Shown here: positions 45,669 through 54,736 of the stretch, piece by piece
How positions within the stretch are numbered: position 1 is the stretch's first letter
How the letters are laid out: each line of letters opens with the position of its first letter
From: a virus
Taxonomy: Duplodnaviria; Caudoviricetes
IMG/VR virus record: IMGVR_UViG_3300017700_000723
Span: 466-64,465 of that record
Direction: 5' to 3' (one strand)
Length of the DNA stretch: 64,000 nt
The notes under the pieces: model-generated
The model's database searches: none
The model's input: only the letters and a program-made list of their open reading frames with translations
Told to the model about the DNA's origin: nothing
Program-made: the position numbers and the translations under genes

Positions 45669-46097
45669 ATGACAATCAGCATCCCACTGCACCAAGACCC
45701 CCGCCACTCGCTCAGCCTGATGGCGAACCTGCCGGCGACGTTCAAGCGTCAGCTGCGGGAGCGAGCCCAGCTCGCCTTCACGATGGTGAACCTCGCCGAC
45801 ATGGCGGGGCGGAAGAGCCGCTCCCTGACTTATCCGAAGGATGCTGTCTTCGGCGGCTTCACGACCAGGTTCGTCCAGTCGCGCATCCACGCGGCCTACC
45901 CGAAGACCGAGACGCCTCCCGAGCTGACCGACAAGCAGAAGGACCGGCTCGAGGAGAATGAGCGGTACAGGGATGCGGTGCTGTCCCAGGTCTCACTCAC
46001 CAACTATGAGCAGAACCAGTACATGCTCGCCCGACGTCGGAACAAGGGCGTTGACCCCCGGAGCTTCATCGGATGTCGCGCGTACCTACGGGGCTGA
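45669..46097 (+). CDS. hypothetical protein
   Basis: GAGGG RBS; phage-like codon usage. Confidence 0.6.
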   Translation: MTISIPLHQDPRHSLSLMANLPATFKRQLRERAQLAFTMVNLADMAGRKSRSLTYPKDAVFGGFTTRFVQSRIHAAYPKTETPPELTDKQKDRLEENERYRDAVLSQVSLTNYEQNQYMLARRRNKGVDPRSFIGCRAYLRG

Positions 46098-46220
46098 AGC
46101 ACGACCTAGCGACCCTGGCCGGGCCGCTGACTATCCTGTTCATCCTGTCTCCGCCGGCCGCGGTGCTCATCAGCGTCGTCGTGGCCATGTCACTGGCCGA
46201 CAGCTACTGGAGTGGAATGT

Positions 46221-46478
46221 ATGACGACGGCGGACACGGCCCCGAACGCGAACGTGAAGGCGGTCCTCAAGGCCTACATCGAGAGGATCGAGAGCGTCAA
46301 CGAGGATATCAAGACCCTCAATGACGAAAAGCGGGACATCTTCGCCGAGGCGAAGGGCAACGGCTTCGACGTCAAGGTGATGAAGCGCGTCATCCAGCTC
46401 CGCCGCCAGGACGCCAACGAGCGGGCCGAGAGCGACACGATCCTCGATACCTACCTGCGAGCATTGGACATGGTGTGA
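46221..46478 (+). CDS. gapR: GapR/DUF2312 nucleoid-associated protein homolog
   Basis: LKAYIERIE.....K....DI.AEAKGNGFDVKVMKRVIQLR.....ER.E....LD.Y..AL signature. Confidence 0.9.
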   Translation: MTTADTAPNANVKAVLKAYIERIESVNEDIKTLNDEKRDIFAEAKGNGFDVKVMKRVIQLRRQDANERAESDTILDTYLRALDMV

Positions 46479-48793
46479 CGTCCTCGGCCCAACGTACAGT
46501 CCTCCACGTCGACAAGGCCACGATCGACTTCGAGAGCCGCTCGCTGCGGGACATCGGGGTCGGCGCCTTCGTGTACTCCCGCTGCCCCACCACCCAGGTC
46601 TACTGCCTCGCCTACAAGATCAACGACGGCCCGACTAAGCTGTGGCACCGCGGCCACCCCAAGGTCGGCATCAAGCAGTCCCCGTTCCCGCAAGACCTCG
46701 CGGACCACATCCTGAAGGGCGGGCTCGTCGAGGCGCACAACGCCGGCTTCGAGTACAACATGTGGAACGCCTGCTTCCGCAGCGAGTTCCCGGAGTTCCC
46801 CATACTCGGCCTCGAGCAGCTGCGGTGCTCCGCCGCCAAGGCCGCTCAGTTCGCCCTGCCGCGCTCCCTCGAGGGAGCATGCGACGCCCTACGCACGCCG
46901 ATCCGCAAGAACATGGACGGCAAGAAGGTGATGCTCCGGGTCTCGAAGCTGCCGCCGAAGTACAAGGCCAAGGACATCGCCTCGCTCCTGGCGCAGGTCG
47001 AGCTCGGCACCCTGGACGTCAACGACATCCCGTGGAACGAGGACCCGAACGACCTCCGCACGACGTGGGCCTACTGCTGCGACGACGTCGACGCCGAGCA
47101 CAGCCTGTCCGGGTCTCTGCGCGAGATGCGCCCCCGCGAGCTCGAGATGTGGCAGATGGACCAGCGGATGAACCTCCGCGGCATCACCTGCGACGTCGCC
47201 GGGGCCAGGGTGGCGATCGACATGGCGACGGAGGAGGCTGACCGCCTGAACGGCCGGCTCAGGGAGATCACGGGCGGCGCGGTGCCGAAGGGCTCGTCCC
47301 GCATCAAGCTGAGGAGGTGGGCGAACGACAACGACTTCGCCATCCAGAACACGCAGGCGGACCACATCAAGGAGATGCTGGTCAACAACAAGGAGCGGCT
47401 GCTCTCGACCGAGACCGGGAAGCTGGTCTACGAGGCGATGGAGATATGCGTCGACGTCAACCAGACCTCGACGACGAAGTACGCCCAGATGCTCGACATG
47501 GTCTGGACCGACGACCGCATCCGCGACCTCATGATGTACTACGGCGCCGCCAGGACGGGGCGGTGGGCCGGCAAGGGCGTCCAGCCGCACAACTTCCTCC
47601 GCGGCTTCTCGAAGGACATGCAGTTCGCGTGGGACCAGATACTGAAGCAGGACCCGGTCCGGCTGCAGATACTGTTCGGCTCGACGATGAAGGCGCTGGC
47701 CAAGGCGACGCGCGGAGCGCTGATCGCCGCCCCCGGCAAGGACCTGATGGTGGCGGACTACGCTGCGATCGAGGCGCGCGTCCTGCCGTGGCTGGCGGAC
47801 GATCAGGACGCCCTGGACATCTTCCGGAGCGGTCAGGACGTCTACCTCAAGATGGCCGGCGACATCTACAGGAACGACCCGGAGCAGCAGGAGTTCATCT
47901 CCTACATCGACCGCCTGGCGCGGGACCCGACGAACAAGGCGCTCATCGAGGAGATCAAGACGAAGTGGCCGGTGCTCCGCCAGATGGGCAAGAAGGCGAT
48001 CCTGGGCCTCGGCTTCCAGATGGGCGCGGAGAAGTTCGACGACGAGTGCGCGGCGGAGGACCCGCCGATCAACATGCCGCGCTCCTTCTTCTACAAGGTG
48101 GTGAAGACATACCGCGAGGTCTCGTTCCCCAAGATCGCCAGCTTCTGGGACGACCTCAACGAGGCCGCCGTGTGGGCTATCCAGAACAAGGGCAAGAAGG
48201 TGCAGTGCCGGATGGTGGCCTACAAGTTCGTGGGCGAGTTCCTGCACTGCCAGCTGCCATCCGGCCGCCTGCTGTCCTACCACTTCCCGACCGTCTCCAT
48301 ATCGCGGAACGTGACCTGGTCGGCGACGTCCAAGCAGGGCAAGGAGGCGACGATCCGCGTCCGGGTCAAGCCGAACGAGCCCATGCCGTCGGTCTACGAG
48401 CGGGCGAAGATCAGCGCCAGGATGGCGGAGAAGACGATCGACAACCCGAGCGAGTACGAGATACAGGACAAGCCGTCGATCTTCTTCACGGGCGTCGACC
48501 AGAAGACGAAGCAGTACGTCCGCATGGTGACCTACGGCGGATCGCTGGCTGAGAACGTGACCCAGGCGACGGCCCGGGACCTCATGGGCGAGGCGATGCT
48601 GCGCTGCGACGCCTCGGGCCTGTACGAGATGCTCCTGTCGGTCCACGACGAACTCATCGCCGAGTGCGACGAAGACAAGGGCGACGTGCGGGAGTTCGAG
48701 CAGATGATGGCTGCGCTACCTGATTGGGTGTCGAACGACAATCTGGTCCCGGTCGCGGCCGAGGGCTGGCGGGGCAAGAGGTATCGCAAGTGA
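46475..48793 (+). CDS. polA: DNA polymerase, family A with 3'-5' exonuclease
   Basis: DFES exo I, AHNAGFE, RTGRW, motif A DYAAIEARVL, motif B RQMGKKAILGLGF, motif C VHDEL. Confidence 0.95.
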   Translation: MTSSAQRTVLHVDKATIDFESRSLRDIGVGAFVYSRCPTTQVYCLAYKINDGPTKLWHRGHPKVGIKQSPFPQDLADHILKGGLVEAHNAGFEYNMWNACFRSEFPEFPILGLEQLRCSAAKAAQFALPRSLEGACDALRTPIRKNMDGKKVMLRVSKLPPKYKAKDIASLLAQVELGTLDVNDIPWNEDPNDLRTTWAYCCDDVDAEHSLSGSLREMRPRELEMWQMDQRMNLRGITCDVAGARVAIDMATEEADRLNGRLREITGGAVPKGSSRIKLRRWANDNDFAIQNTQADHIKEMLVNNKERLLSTETGKLVYEAMEICVDVNQTSTTKYAQMLDMVWTDDRIRDLMMYYGAARTGRWAGKGVQPHNFLRGFSKDMQFAWDQILKQDPVRLQILFGSTMKALAKATRGALIAAPGKDLMVADYAAIEARVLPWLADDQDALDIFRSGQDVYLKMAGDIYRNDPEQQEFISYIDRLARDPTNKALIEEIKTKWPVLRQMGKKAILGLGFQMGAEKFDDECAAEDPPINMPRSFFYKVVKTYREVSFPKIASFWDDLNEAAVWAIQNKGKKVQCRMVAYKFVGEFLHCQLPSGRLLSYHFPTVSISRNVTWSATSKQGKEATIRVRVKPNEPMPSVYERAKISARMAEKTIDNPSEYEIQDKPSIFFTGVDQKTKQYVRMVTYGGSLAENVTQATARDLMGEAMLRCDASGLYEMLLSVHDELIAECDEDKGDVREFEQMMAALPDWVSNDNLVPVAAEGWRGKRYRK

Positions 48794-48960
48794 AGAAGCG
48801 CGAGGGCGACAACGCCAAGGCGAAGTGGGCCAGGAAGGCCCGTGACGCCTTCAAGCAGATCAGGGACCTCTGCGCCAGCTACTACAAGGAACCGAAGCCG
48901 AACACGCAGACGCTGATCCAGGATATCTGGCGCACGGCCAACTTCGCGGAGATCGACTGA
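48790..48960 (+). CDS. hypothetical protein (56 aa)
   Basis: GTGA overlap with polA stop; 3' part of track ORF 48724..48960. Confidence 0.5.
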   Translation: MKKREGDNAKAKWARKARDAFKQIRDLCASYYKEPKPNTQTLIQDIWRTANFAEID

Positions 48961-49430
48961 TGGTGAAGTTCCTCACCTACTACGGCGAGATGCTCCTCGC
49001 GCCCGTCCTGGGCCTCGTGCTCCTGACTGGCAACCTGTTCCCGTGGGACGAGGTGCCGGGGTTGGTGCTGGGCGGCATCGTGTCGTGGACGCTGGCCGAG
49101 TACGCCGTTCATCGTTGGGTCCTGCACGACCTCGCGCCGACGCAGCATCGTCTCCACCACGCCAGGCCGAACGACCCGATCGAGCACATCTTCTGGGGCA
49201 TCTGGCTCTGCTTCGCCGTCGTCTACCTACTCGCGGGAGGAGCGTTCACCTGCGGGGTCCTCCTGGCATATGCCTGGTACCTCTACGTCCACCACTGCGC
49301 CCACTTCCGTCCGGGCTGGCTGCCCTACTTACTGGTCAAGCATCACGAGGGGCACCACATCTACGCGACCCGCAACTTCGGGGTGAGCACGACCCTCTGG
49401 GACCATGTCTTCGGGAGCAAGCTGCGATGA
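48960..49430 (+). CDS. fatty acid hydroxylase/sterol desaturase family membrane enzyme
   Basis: EY.VHRWVLH, H..HH, H...H, HH..HH and NFGVSTTLWDHVFGS His boxes. Confidence 0.85.
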   Translation: MVKFLTYYGEMLLAPVLGLVLLTGNLFPWDEVPGLVLGGIVSWTLAEYAVHRWVLHDLAPTQHRLHHARPNDPIEHIFWGIWLCFAVVYLLAGGAFTCGVLLAYAWYLYVHHCAHFRPGWLPYLLVKHHEGHHIYATRNFGVSTTLWDHVFGSKLR

Positions 49431-50191
49431 CTGAGGAGCGCATCGGCTCCACGGACCCGGCGACCAACCCCTGGCTCGAGACCTACACCGGTCGGAAGTT
49501 CTGGGCGGCGGACCCGCGGATGGAGGACGTCACGATCTTCGACATCGCCCACTCGCTGGGCTACAAGTGTCGGTACAATGGGCATACGGCGAAGTTCTAC
49601 AGCGTCGCCGAGCACTGCGTGACGCTGGCCCTGAAGGCCAGACAGGAGGGCCTCCCCGTCGCCACGCAGTTCCAGATGCTCATGCACGACGGCTCCGAGA
49701 CCTACCTGCCGGACGTGCCGCGGCCGATTAAGCACCTCTTCCCCGAGCTCGTCGCGATGGAGAAGCTCAACGACCGGGTGATCCGGGACTGGGCCGGGCT
49801 CTCGCACGACGTGCCGCCGATCGTCAAGGAGTGGGACGCGAGGATCATCACGGACGAGCGGCGCCAGGTCCTGCTGCCGTCTGGCCACGCCTGGTCCTCG
49901 GACAGCCTCGAGCCGCTCGGTGTCCAGCTGCACGGCTACGAGCCCTACGAGGCTCAGATGCGGTTCCTCCAGGTCTACCAGCACATCTCCGCGGAGCACC
50001 ACGGCCGCCCGATGCTGTTCGCCTATGACCCCGGGGAGTTCGCGGCGCACAACAGGGACCTCACGACCTACCAGCCGCCCGACATCCGGATGCTGGACCT
50101 CCGTGGCGGCTGCGCCATGTACGCGAACGAGAACGGCTTCCTGCGCTTCTGGCATGGCGACTTTGAGCTCCTCATCAACTCCCGCGCCTGA
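49427..50191 (+). CDS. HD-domain deoxynucleotide phosphohydrolase (YfbR-like)
   Basis: DIAHSL...CRYNGH...YSVAEH...LMHDGSETYL.D. Confidence 0.85.
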   Translation: MTEERIGSTDPATNPWLETYTGRKFWAADPRMEDVTIFDIAHSLGYKCRYNGHTAKFYSVAEHCVTLALKARQEGLPVATQFQMLMHDGSETYLPDVPRPIKHLFPELVAMEKLNDRVIRDWAGLSHDVPPIVKEWDARIITDERRQVLLPSGHAWSSDSLEPLGVQLHGYEPYEAQMRFLQVYQHISAEHHGRPMLFAYDPGEFAAHNRDLTTYQPPDIRMLDLRGGCAMYANENGFLRFWHGDFELLINSRA

Positions 50192-51656
50192 GCTCTGGAA
50201 GCACCAGAGCGACGAGATAGAGGACCACTGGTTCGACAGGGCCAGGGCCCTGCTCTGGAGCATGCGGACCGGCAAGACGCGCACGATCATCAAGACGGCG
50301 GACCGCCTTCACAGACACGGAGACCTCCTTGGCGTACTCATCCTCGCCCCCAACGGCGTCCACACGAACTGGATCACACGCGAGCTCCCGAAGTGGGCGC
50401 CTCGGGACGGCGTTGCTATGTCATGGGACAGCAACAAGAGCCGCGAGAGGAGAGCTCCTTTCCTCTCCTCCGTCACCCGACTACTCGAACCTCGCGGCCT
50501 CGGAGATGGAATACGATGGCTTTCCGTCAATGACGAGGCGCTTCTCAACCCACGATGCCAAGAGCTGATCCAACAGTTCAGGCTGCTGTGCGAGAACCGC
50601 ATCCTCGCCGTCGCCGACGAGAGCACCATGTTCAGGCGCGCGTCGGCCGAGAGGACCAGGATCGCCAGGGGCCTGTGCCACAAGCTGTGGTGGCGACGCA
50701 TCCTCGAGGGCACGGCCCTGCTCAACTCCCCGCTGCACGCCTTCTCGCAGTACGAGCTGCTGCAGAAGTGCGCGCTCGGCTACGAGAACTGGGGCGACTT
50801 CAAGGACCGCTACGCCGTCTACGTGCGCGAGCGGGAGAGGTACACGAACCGCTCCTACCTGAAGCTGGCACGCTACCAGAACCTCGACGAGCTGCGCGAG
50901 CGCATGTCCGCCTGGTCCTCCGTCGTGATGCGCGAGGACTGCAACGACATGCCCGAGCTGCTGCGCTACCCGGTCGAGGTGGCGATGAGCGAGAAGCAGA
51001 TCGTGGCCTACAAGCAGATGGCCAAGGAGATGATGCTCGACCTGGACGACGGCACTGACGACTTCGTCGAGGCTCTGAACGGCGGGTCGAAGATGATTAA
51101 GCTGCACCAGATCGTGGGCGGCTTCGTCAACGACAGGAACGGCGAGGTGCGCTCCATCGACGACAACCCGCCGATCCTGGACGCGATGGAGCGCGAGGTG
51201 ACCGGCCACGGCGGCAAGTCGATCATCTGGTGCCGGTTCAAGGAGGACATCCGTCGCGTCGTCGCCAGGCTGGAGGGACTTGGTCGCGGCGTCGTACAGT
51301 ACCACGGCGACGTCGGGAAGTCGCAGCGCGAGGAGGCGATCGACCGCTTCCAGCGAGACCCGCTCATAACGGACTTCGTGGGCCAGCCGCAGGCAGGCGC
51401 CCGAGGGCTCGATCTTTCCGCGGCGGACCTCGTGCTGTGGTACTCGGTCGTCCCGGACGCGATCATCACGGAGCAGGGCAACGAGCGTGGGACCCAGATG
51501 GCCGGCAAGGCGGTCAACATCGCGACCCTCACGACCAGCAACACAGTCCACGACCTCATCGTCATGTCCAACGAGGACAAGGTGGCGACGGCGGACCGGG
51601 TCGGAGGCAGGGGCCTGCGGGACCTCCTGCGGGCTCAGGTCCAGGCGCTCAGTTGA
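50154..51656 (+). CDS. SNF2-like superfamily 2 helicase
   Basis: LWKHQ, MRTGKT, VADES, LEGT, helicase-C ARGLDL; start approximate. Confidence 0.88.
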   Translation: MATLSSSSTPAPELWKHQSDEIEDHWFDRARALLWSMRTGKTRTIIKTADRLHRHGDLLGVLILAPNGVHTNWITRELPKWAPRDGVAMSWDSNKSRERRAPFLSSVTRLLEPRGLGDGIRWLSVNDEALLNPRCQELIQQFRLLCENRILAVADESTMFRRASAERTRIARGLCHKLWWRRILEGTALLNSPLHAFSQYELLQKCALGYENWGDFKDRYAVYVRERERYTNRSYLKLARYQNLDELRERMSAWSSVVMREDCNDMPELLRYPVEVAMSEKQIVAYKQMAKEMMLDLDDGTDDFVEALNGGSKMIKLHQIVGGFVNDRNGEVRSIDDNPPILDAMEREVTGHGGKSIIWCRFKEDIRRVVARLEGLGRGVVQYHGDVGKSQREEAIDRFQRDPLITDFVGQPQAGARGLDLSAADLVLWYSVVPDAIITEQGNERGTQMAGKAVNIATLTTSNTVHDLIVMSNEDKVATADRVGGRGLRDLLRAQVQALS

Positions 51657-51737
51657 GGGTTCCAGGCTGGGGCTCCCTCCACGTATAAAATACGGGATAC
51701 AAGGCAAAAGGGGTCCACACCCAAGAGGAAGAGAGCA

Positions 51738-51992
51738 ATGGCCACGAAGGCGAAGAAGACGAAGAAGGCGGCTGCGGACAAGCCGGCGAAGAAGCCAGGC
51801 GTCGGCGACGTCGCCATCGAGGCGCTCCGCGCCGGCAAGAGCAACGAGGAAGTCCTCGCGCTCGTGCAGAAGAAGTTCCCGAACGCCAGCGTGAGCACGA
51901 GCTCGATCGCTTGGTACCGGAACAAGCTGCGCAGCGACGGCGAGAAGGTCCCGACTGCCCGCGAGATCAAGGCCAAGGCCAAGAAGAAGTAG
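51738..51992 (+). CDS. basic HTH-like DNA-binding protein (paralog family)
   Basis: KKFPNASVSTSSIAWYRNKLRSDG motif; Lys-rich termini. Confidence 0.7.
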   Translation: MATKAKKTKKAAADKPAKKPGVGDVAIEALRAGKSNEEVLALVQKKFPNASVSTSSIAWYRNKLRSDGEKVPTAREIKAKAKKK

Positions 51993-52084
51993 GTTTACCA
52001 GTTGGTAGCTATATTGGGGTTCGCCTGTTCGCGAACCCCTTATTCTATTGTAGGATCGTAGGGTTGAAACCCTAGGAGGCTACA

Positions 52085-52300
52085 TTGGATAAGCAGTTAT
52101 ACTGGTCCGGCGTCGTGCCGCCGATCGACGACTTCGGCAAGCCCATCGTGGACGTGTTCTACGACGCCAAGACGCGGATGGGACCGTGGGCATACCTCGC
52201 CCCGCAGTCGTTCAAACTCTACGGGGTCGGAACTGGTACCGGCCTCGGGCAGAAATACGCCAAGATGGCCGACGGCCGCTGGCTGAAGACGGAGGGCTGA
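52085..52300 (+). CDS. conserved phage hypothetical protein
   Basis: TTG start after AGGAGG; FYDAKTRMGPWA...G.G.G.GQKY motif. Confidence 0.65.
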   Translation: MDKQLYWSGVVPPIDDFGKPIVDVFYDAKTRMGPWAYLAPQSFKLYGVGTGTGLGQKYAKMADGRWLKTEG

Positions 52301-52303
52301 GAC

Positions 52304-52549
52304 ATGGCACGAACCGCATGGGAGATCATGACGGCTCAGGGCGGCGGCAGTGTTCGCCGCTGGTCTACCCCGGGACTGGACCAACTCGGAGCTCGTGCTC
52401 CCAGTGAGGGCAAGGGCTTCAAGGGCCCTCGTCGGAAGAAGTCAGTCGCCAAGCCGGCGCGAAAGCCGTACACCTACGCAGACCATCGAGAGCGGCAGGA
52501 CATGGACCTGCTCGACGAGATCAACAACGCAACAGGAGTGGAACTATGA
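52304..52549 (+). CDS. hypothetical protein
   Basis: GGAGG RBS. Confidence 0.55.
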   Translation: MARTAWEIMTAQGGGSVRRWSTPGLDQLGARAPSEGKGFKGPRRKKSVAKPARKPYTYADHRERQDMDLLDEINNATGVEL

Positions 52550-53610
52550 TCGAGGGAATGCAGTACGTCAGAGCCTACTACACTGGGATGTCCATCGTCC
52601 ACCCGAACTCGCTGCTCCGGTACGAGATCAAAGAACCGCCCTGCGGAGGCGAGATGGGCGCGCTGGTCCTCGAGCCCAACGATCAGGGCAAGCGGAAGAA
52701 GACGCAGATGCTCACGCTGTTCTGTCCGTTCACGCTGGCCGCTCATCAGATCAGCTCGATGGCCGGCGAGATCAGCGAGGTCAAGACCGTGCGGAAGGAG
52801 ACGAGGATCGAGGGCATGAAGGAGCCCAAGGTCGACATGGTCCCGACGGTCGTGATGAAGCCGACGCAGGAGCTGACCGACGAGAAGGTCGAGCGCCTGG
52901 CGGGCAAGATCGTCGACAACTGGAAGATGCGCTGCCGCCTCAACATGCCGTTCGACCTCGACGTCGCAGCGCTGGTACTGACGAAGATGGGCAAGCCCAT
53001 ACCCGAGGATCGCCCGACCGTCCGGCTGGACGCGACCGGCGAGGTCAAGAAGTCCGGCAAGGAGGCTGGTCCCGAGCTCATCAAGGCCGTCAGCCCGGAC
53101 AGCAAGCCGGGCCGCGTGCTCAAGTGGTTCATGGCGCAGCGCCGGTCGATCACCGAGGGGATGGCGGAGTTCGGGTCGACCAGGTCCTCCCTCCAGTCCA
53201 GTCTCTACGGCCTTTGGAGCAATAATGGCATCGGGTACGTCCTCGCGGCTGATATGGTGGACATCATCCTACCCGCCGGATGCGACGACCCATTCGCAGA
53301 GCCCGCCAAGAAGGGCCAGAAGCAGGAGCCAGCAGTGACCGAGAAGAAGACCCGCGGCAAGCCCATGCAGGACGAGCTCCTCATCACCGCGCTCCCCGAG
53401 AAGGGAAAGCGCCGCGAGGTAGCGCTGGCCTCGTACAAGGGCTTCGTCTCCATCGCCGACATCGCCAAGCAGCTCGACTGCTCCGAGGGATCGGTCAAGT
53501 CGCACCTCAACGACCTCCACATCAAGCACGGCTTCGGCTTCGAGATCGCTTCGGACCCCATCGACGGTGACAAGGCCAAGCTGCTGGTGCCGAAGGGGTG
53601 GAAGCCATGA
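52546..53610 (+). CDS. hypothetical protein with HTH-like elements
   Basis: 354 aa; C-terminal SIADIAKQLDCSEGSVKSHL HTH pattern. Confidence 0.7.
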   Translation: MIEGMQYVRAYYTGMSIVHPNSLLRYEIKEPPCGGEMGALVLEPNDQGKRKKTQMLTLFCPFTLAAHQISSMAGEISEVKTVRKETRIEGMKEPKVDMVPTVVMKPTQELTDEKVERLAGKIVDNWKMRCRLNMPFDLDVAALVLTKMGKPIPEDRPTVRLDATGEVKKSGKEAGPELIKAVSPDSKPGRVLKWFMAQRRSITEGMAEFGSTRSSLQSSLYGLWSNNGIGYVLAADMVDIILPAGCDDPFAEPAKKGQKQEPAVTEKKTRGKPMQDELLITALPEKGKRREVALASYKGFVSIADIAKQLDCSEGSVKSHLNDLHIKHGFGFEIASDPIDGDKAKLLVPKGWKP

Positions 53611-53789
53611 GCAGCTTCATCGTGCATGTGGACGGCAAGCCTGTGCGGATAGACGAGTTGATGCTGCCGGATGAGAAGAAGCCCGCTCCTCGATACAGCG
53701 TCGAGGAGCTCATCGACCTGGCCACGACGCCGGGCCTCGGCAAGACAGTCGCCGAGCTCGACCCGTTCCGTGGAGGGCTGCTGACGTGA
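53607..53789 (+). CDS. hypothetical protein
   Basis: ATGA overlap. Confidence 0.5.
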   Translation: MSSFIVHVDGKPVRIDELMLPDEKKPAPRYSVEELIDLATTPGLGKTVAELDPFRGGLLT

Positions 53790-53965
53790 CCCACGTCGCC
53801 AGGATGGACCACAACTACTTCGAGCAGCTGCGTCGTGCTGGAGAGATGCAGCAGAAGATGCACGAGCGCCTACTGGCACTCGGGTTCGTGTGGGACGGGA
53901 TGGACGGCTACTCGACCGACGACCCGGCCCTGTGGGAGCAGCACAAAAAGGAGATCGGGCTATGA
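53786..53965 (+). CDS. hypothetical protein (59 aa)
   Basis: read manually; GTGA and ATGA overlaps at both ends. Confidence 0.55.
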   Translation: MTHVARMDHNYFEQLRRAGEMQQKMHERLLALGFVWDGMDGYSTDDPALWEQHKKEIGL

Positions 53966-54348
53966 GCCAGCGAGGAAGGGAGGCGCGGGAGTATGTCGAG
54001 CGGTGCCTCGAGGAGTTCAAAGTCCCGCGGCCGTACGCGTTCGGCGTCACGGGCGGCTGCCACCAGGACGTCCGGTTCACCTACCTCGGCCGAGCCTGCC
54101 GGTACGTCTTCCCCGGCTCACCGAGCGACAGGCGCGCGCTCAAGAACTCGCGCACGGAGCTCAGGAAAGTCCTGCGCTCCACCGAGGGGAAAGCTCTTCC
54201 AGCAGGACCTCAGGGCGGACCCGTTCTGGATGCTGGTTGCGTGCTGCCTCGTCAACTTAACTACGTGGGAGGTAGCACGGGTCGCCTTCGCGAAGCTGAG
54301 GACGCGTTACGCCGATGCAAGTGGCCTCGCCACAGCAAGGCCGTCTAG
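53962..54348 (+). CDS. hypothetical protein (HicA-like N-terminal half)
   Basis: AAGGAG RBS; GCH..V.F......V.P.SPSD.RAL.N pattern; C-terminal third looks non-coding and overlaps glycosylase. Confidence 0.55.
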   Translation: MSQRGREAREYVERCLEEFKVPRPYAFGVTGGCHQDVRFTYLGRACRYVFPGSPSDRRALKNSRTELRKVLRSTEGKALPAGPQGGPVLDAGCVLPRQLNYVGGSTGRLREAEDALRRCKWPRHSKAV

Positions 54349-54736
54349 GCTCGTCCCGACGCTCAGGCCTCTCGGCCTCTCCAACATCAGGTCTGCTCGT
54401 TTGGTCGCGATGGCCAAGGCTTGGACCACGCAAGTCCCCCTCACTGCCTCGGACGTCCTAAGGCTACCTGGATGCGGCAAGTACGCGTCTGACAGCTGGG
54501 CGATCTTCATCGACGGCAGGACCGACGTGTACCCGACCGACGGCAAGTTGACGTGGTACATGGAGAGGGCTCATGCTCGAGAAGCAGCTGGCGATGGTGG
54601 AGCGGTTCCACCAGACGGTGACGGGTCTGCCGATACCGCAGTATCCTACGCGCCTGAGCCCGGAGCGCAAGGCGAAGGGCCTCGAGGCCCTGCGCGAGGA
54701 GGTAAACGAGTTCGAGGATGCCGCCAACGCGGCTGA
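54188..54736 (+). CDS. HhH-GPD DNA glycosylase, MBD4-like (5' end uncertain; first ATG 54230)
   Basis: DPFWMLVACCLVN, LRPLGL..IR, HhH LPGCGKYASDS, PTDGKL catalytic Asp as in MBD4 PEDHKL. Confidence 0.8.
   Translation, partial: GKLFQQDLRADPFWMLVACCLVNLTTWEVARVAFAKLRTRYADASGLATARPSRLVPTLRPLGLSNIRSARLVAMAKAWTTQVPLTASDVLRLPGCGKYASDSWAIFIDGRTDVYPTDGKLTWYMERAHAREAAGDGGAVPPDGDGSADTAVSYAPEPGAQGEGPRGPARGGKRVRGCRQRG

Noticed and set aside
46475-50191. Z-genome (2-aminoadenine) or 7-deazaguanine pathway suggested by PolA plus HD hydrolase
   Set aside because: No purZ, queC/D/E, folE or dpdA homolog was recognised in the window.
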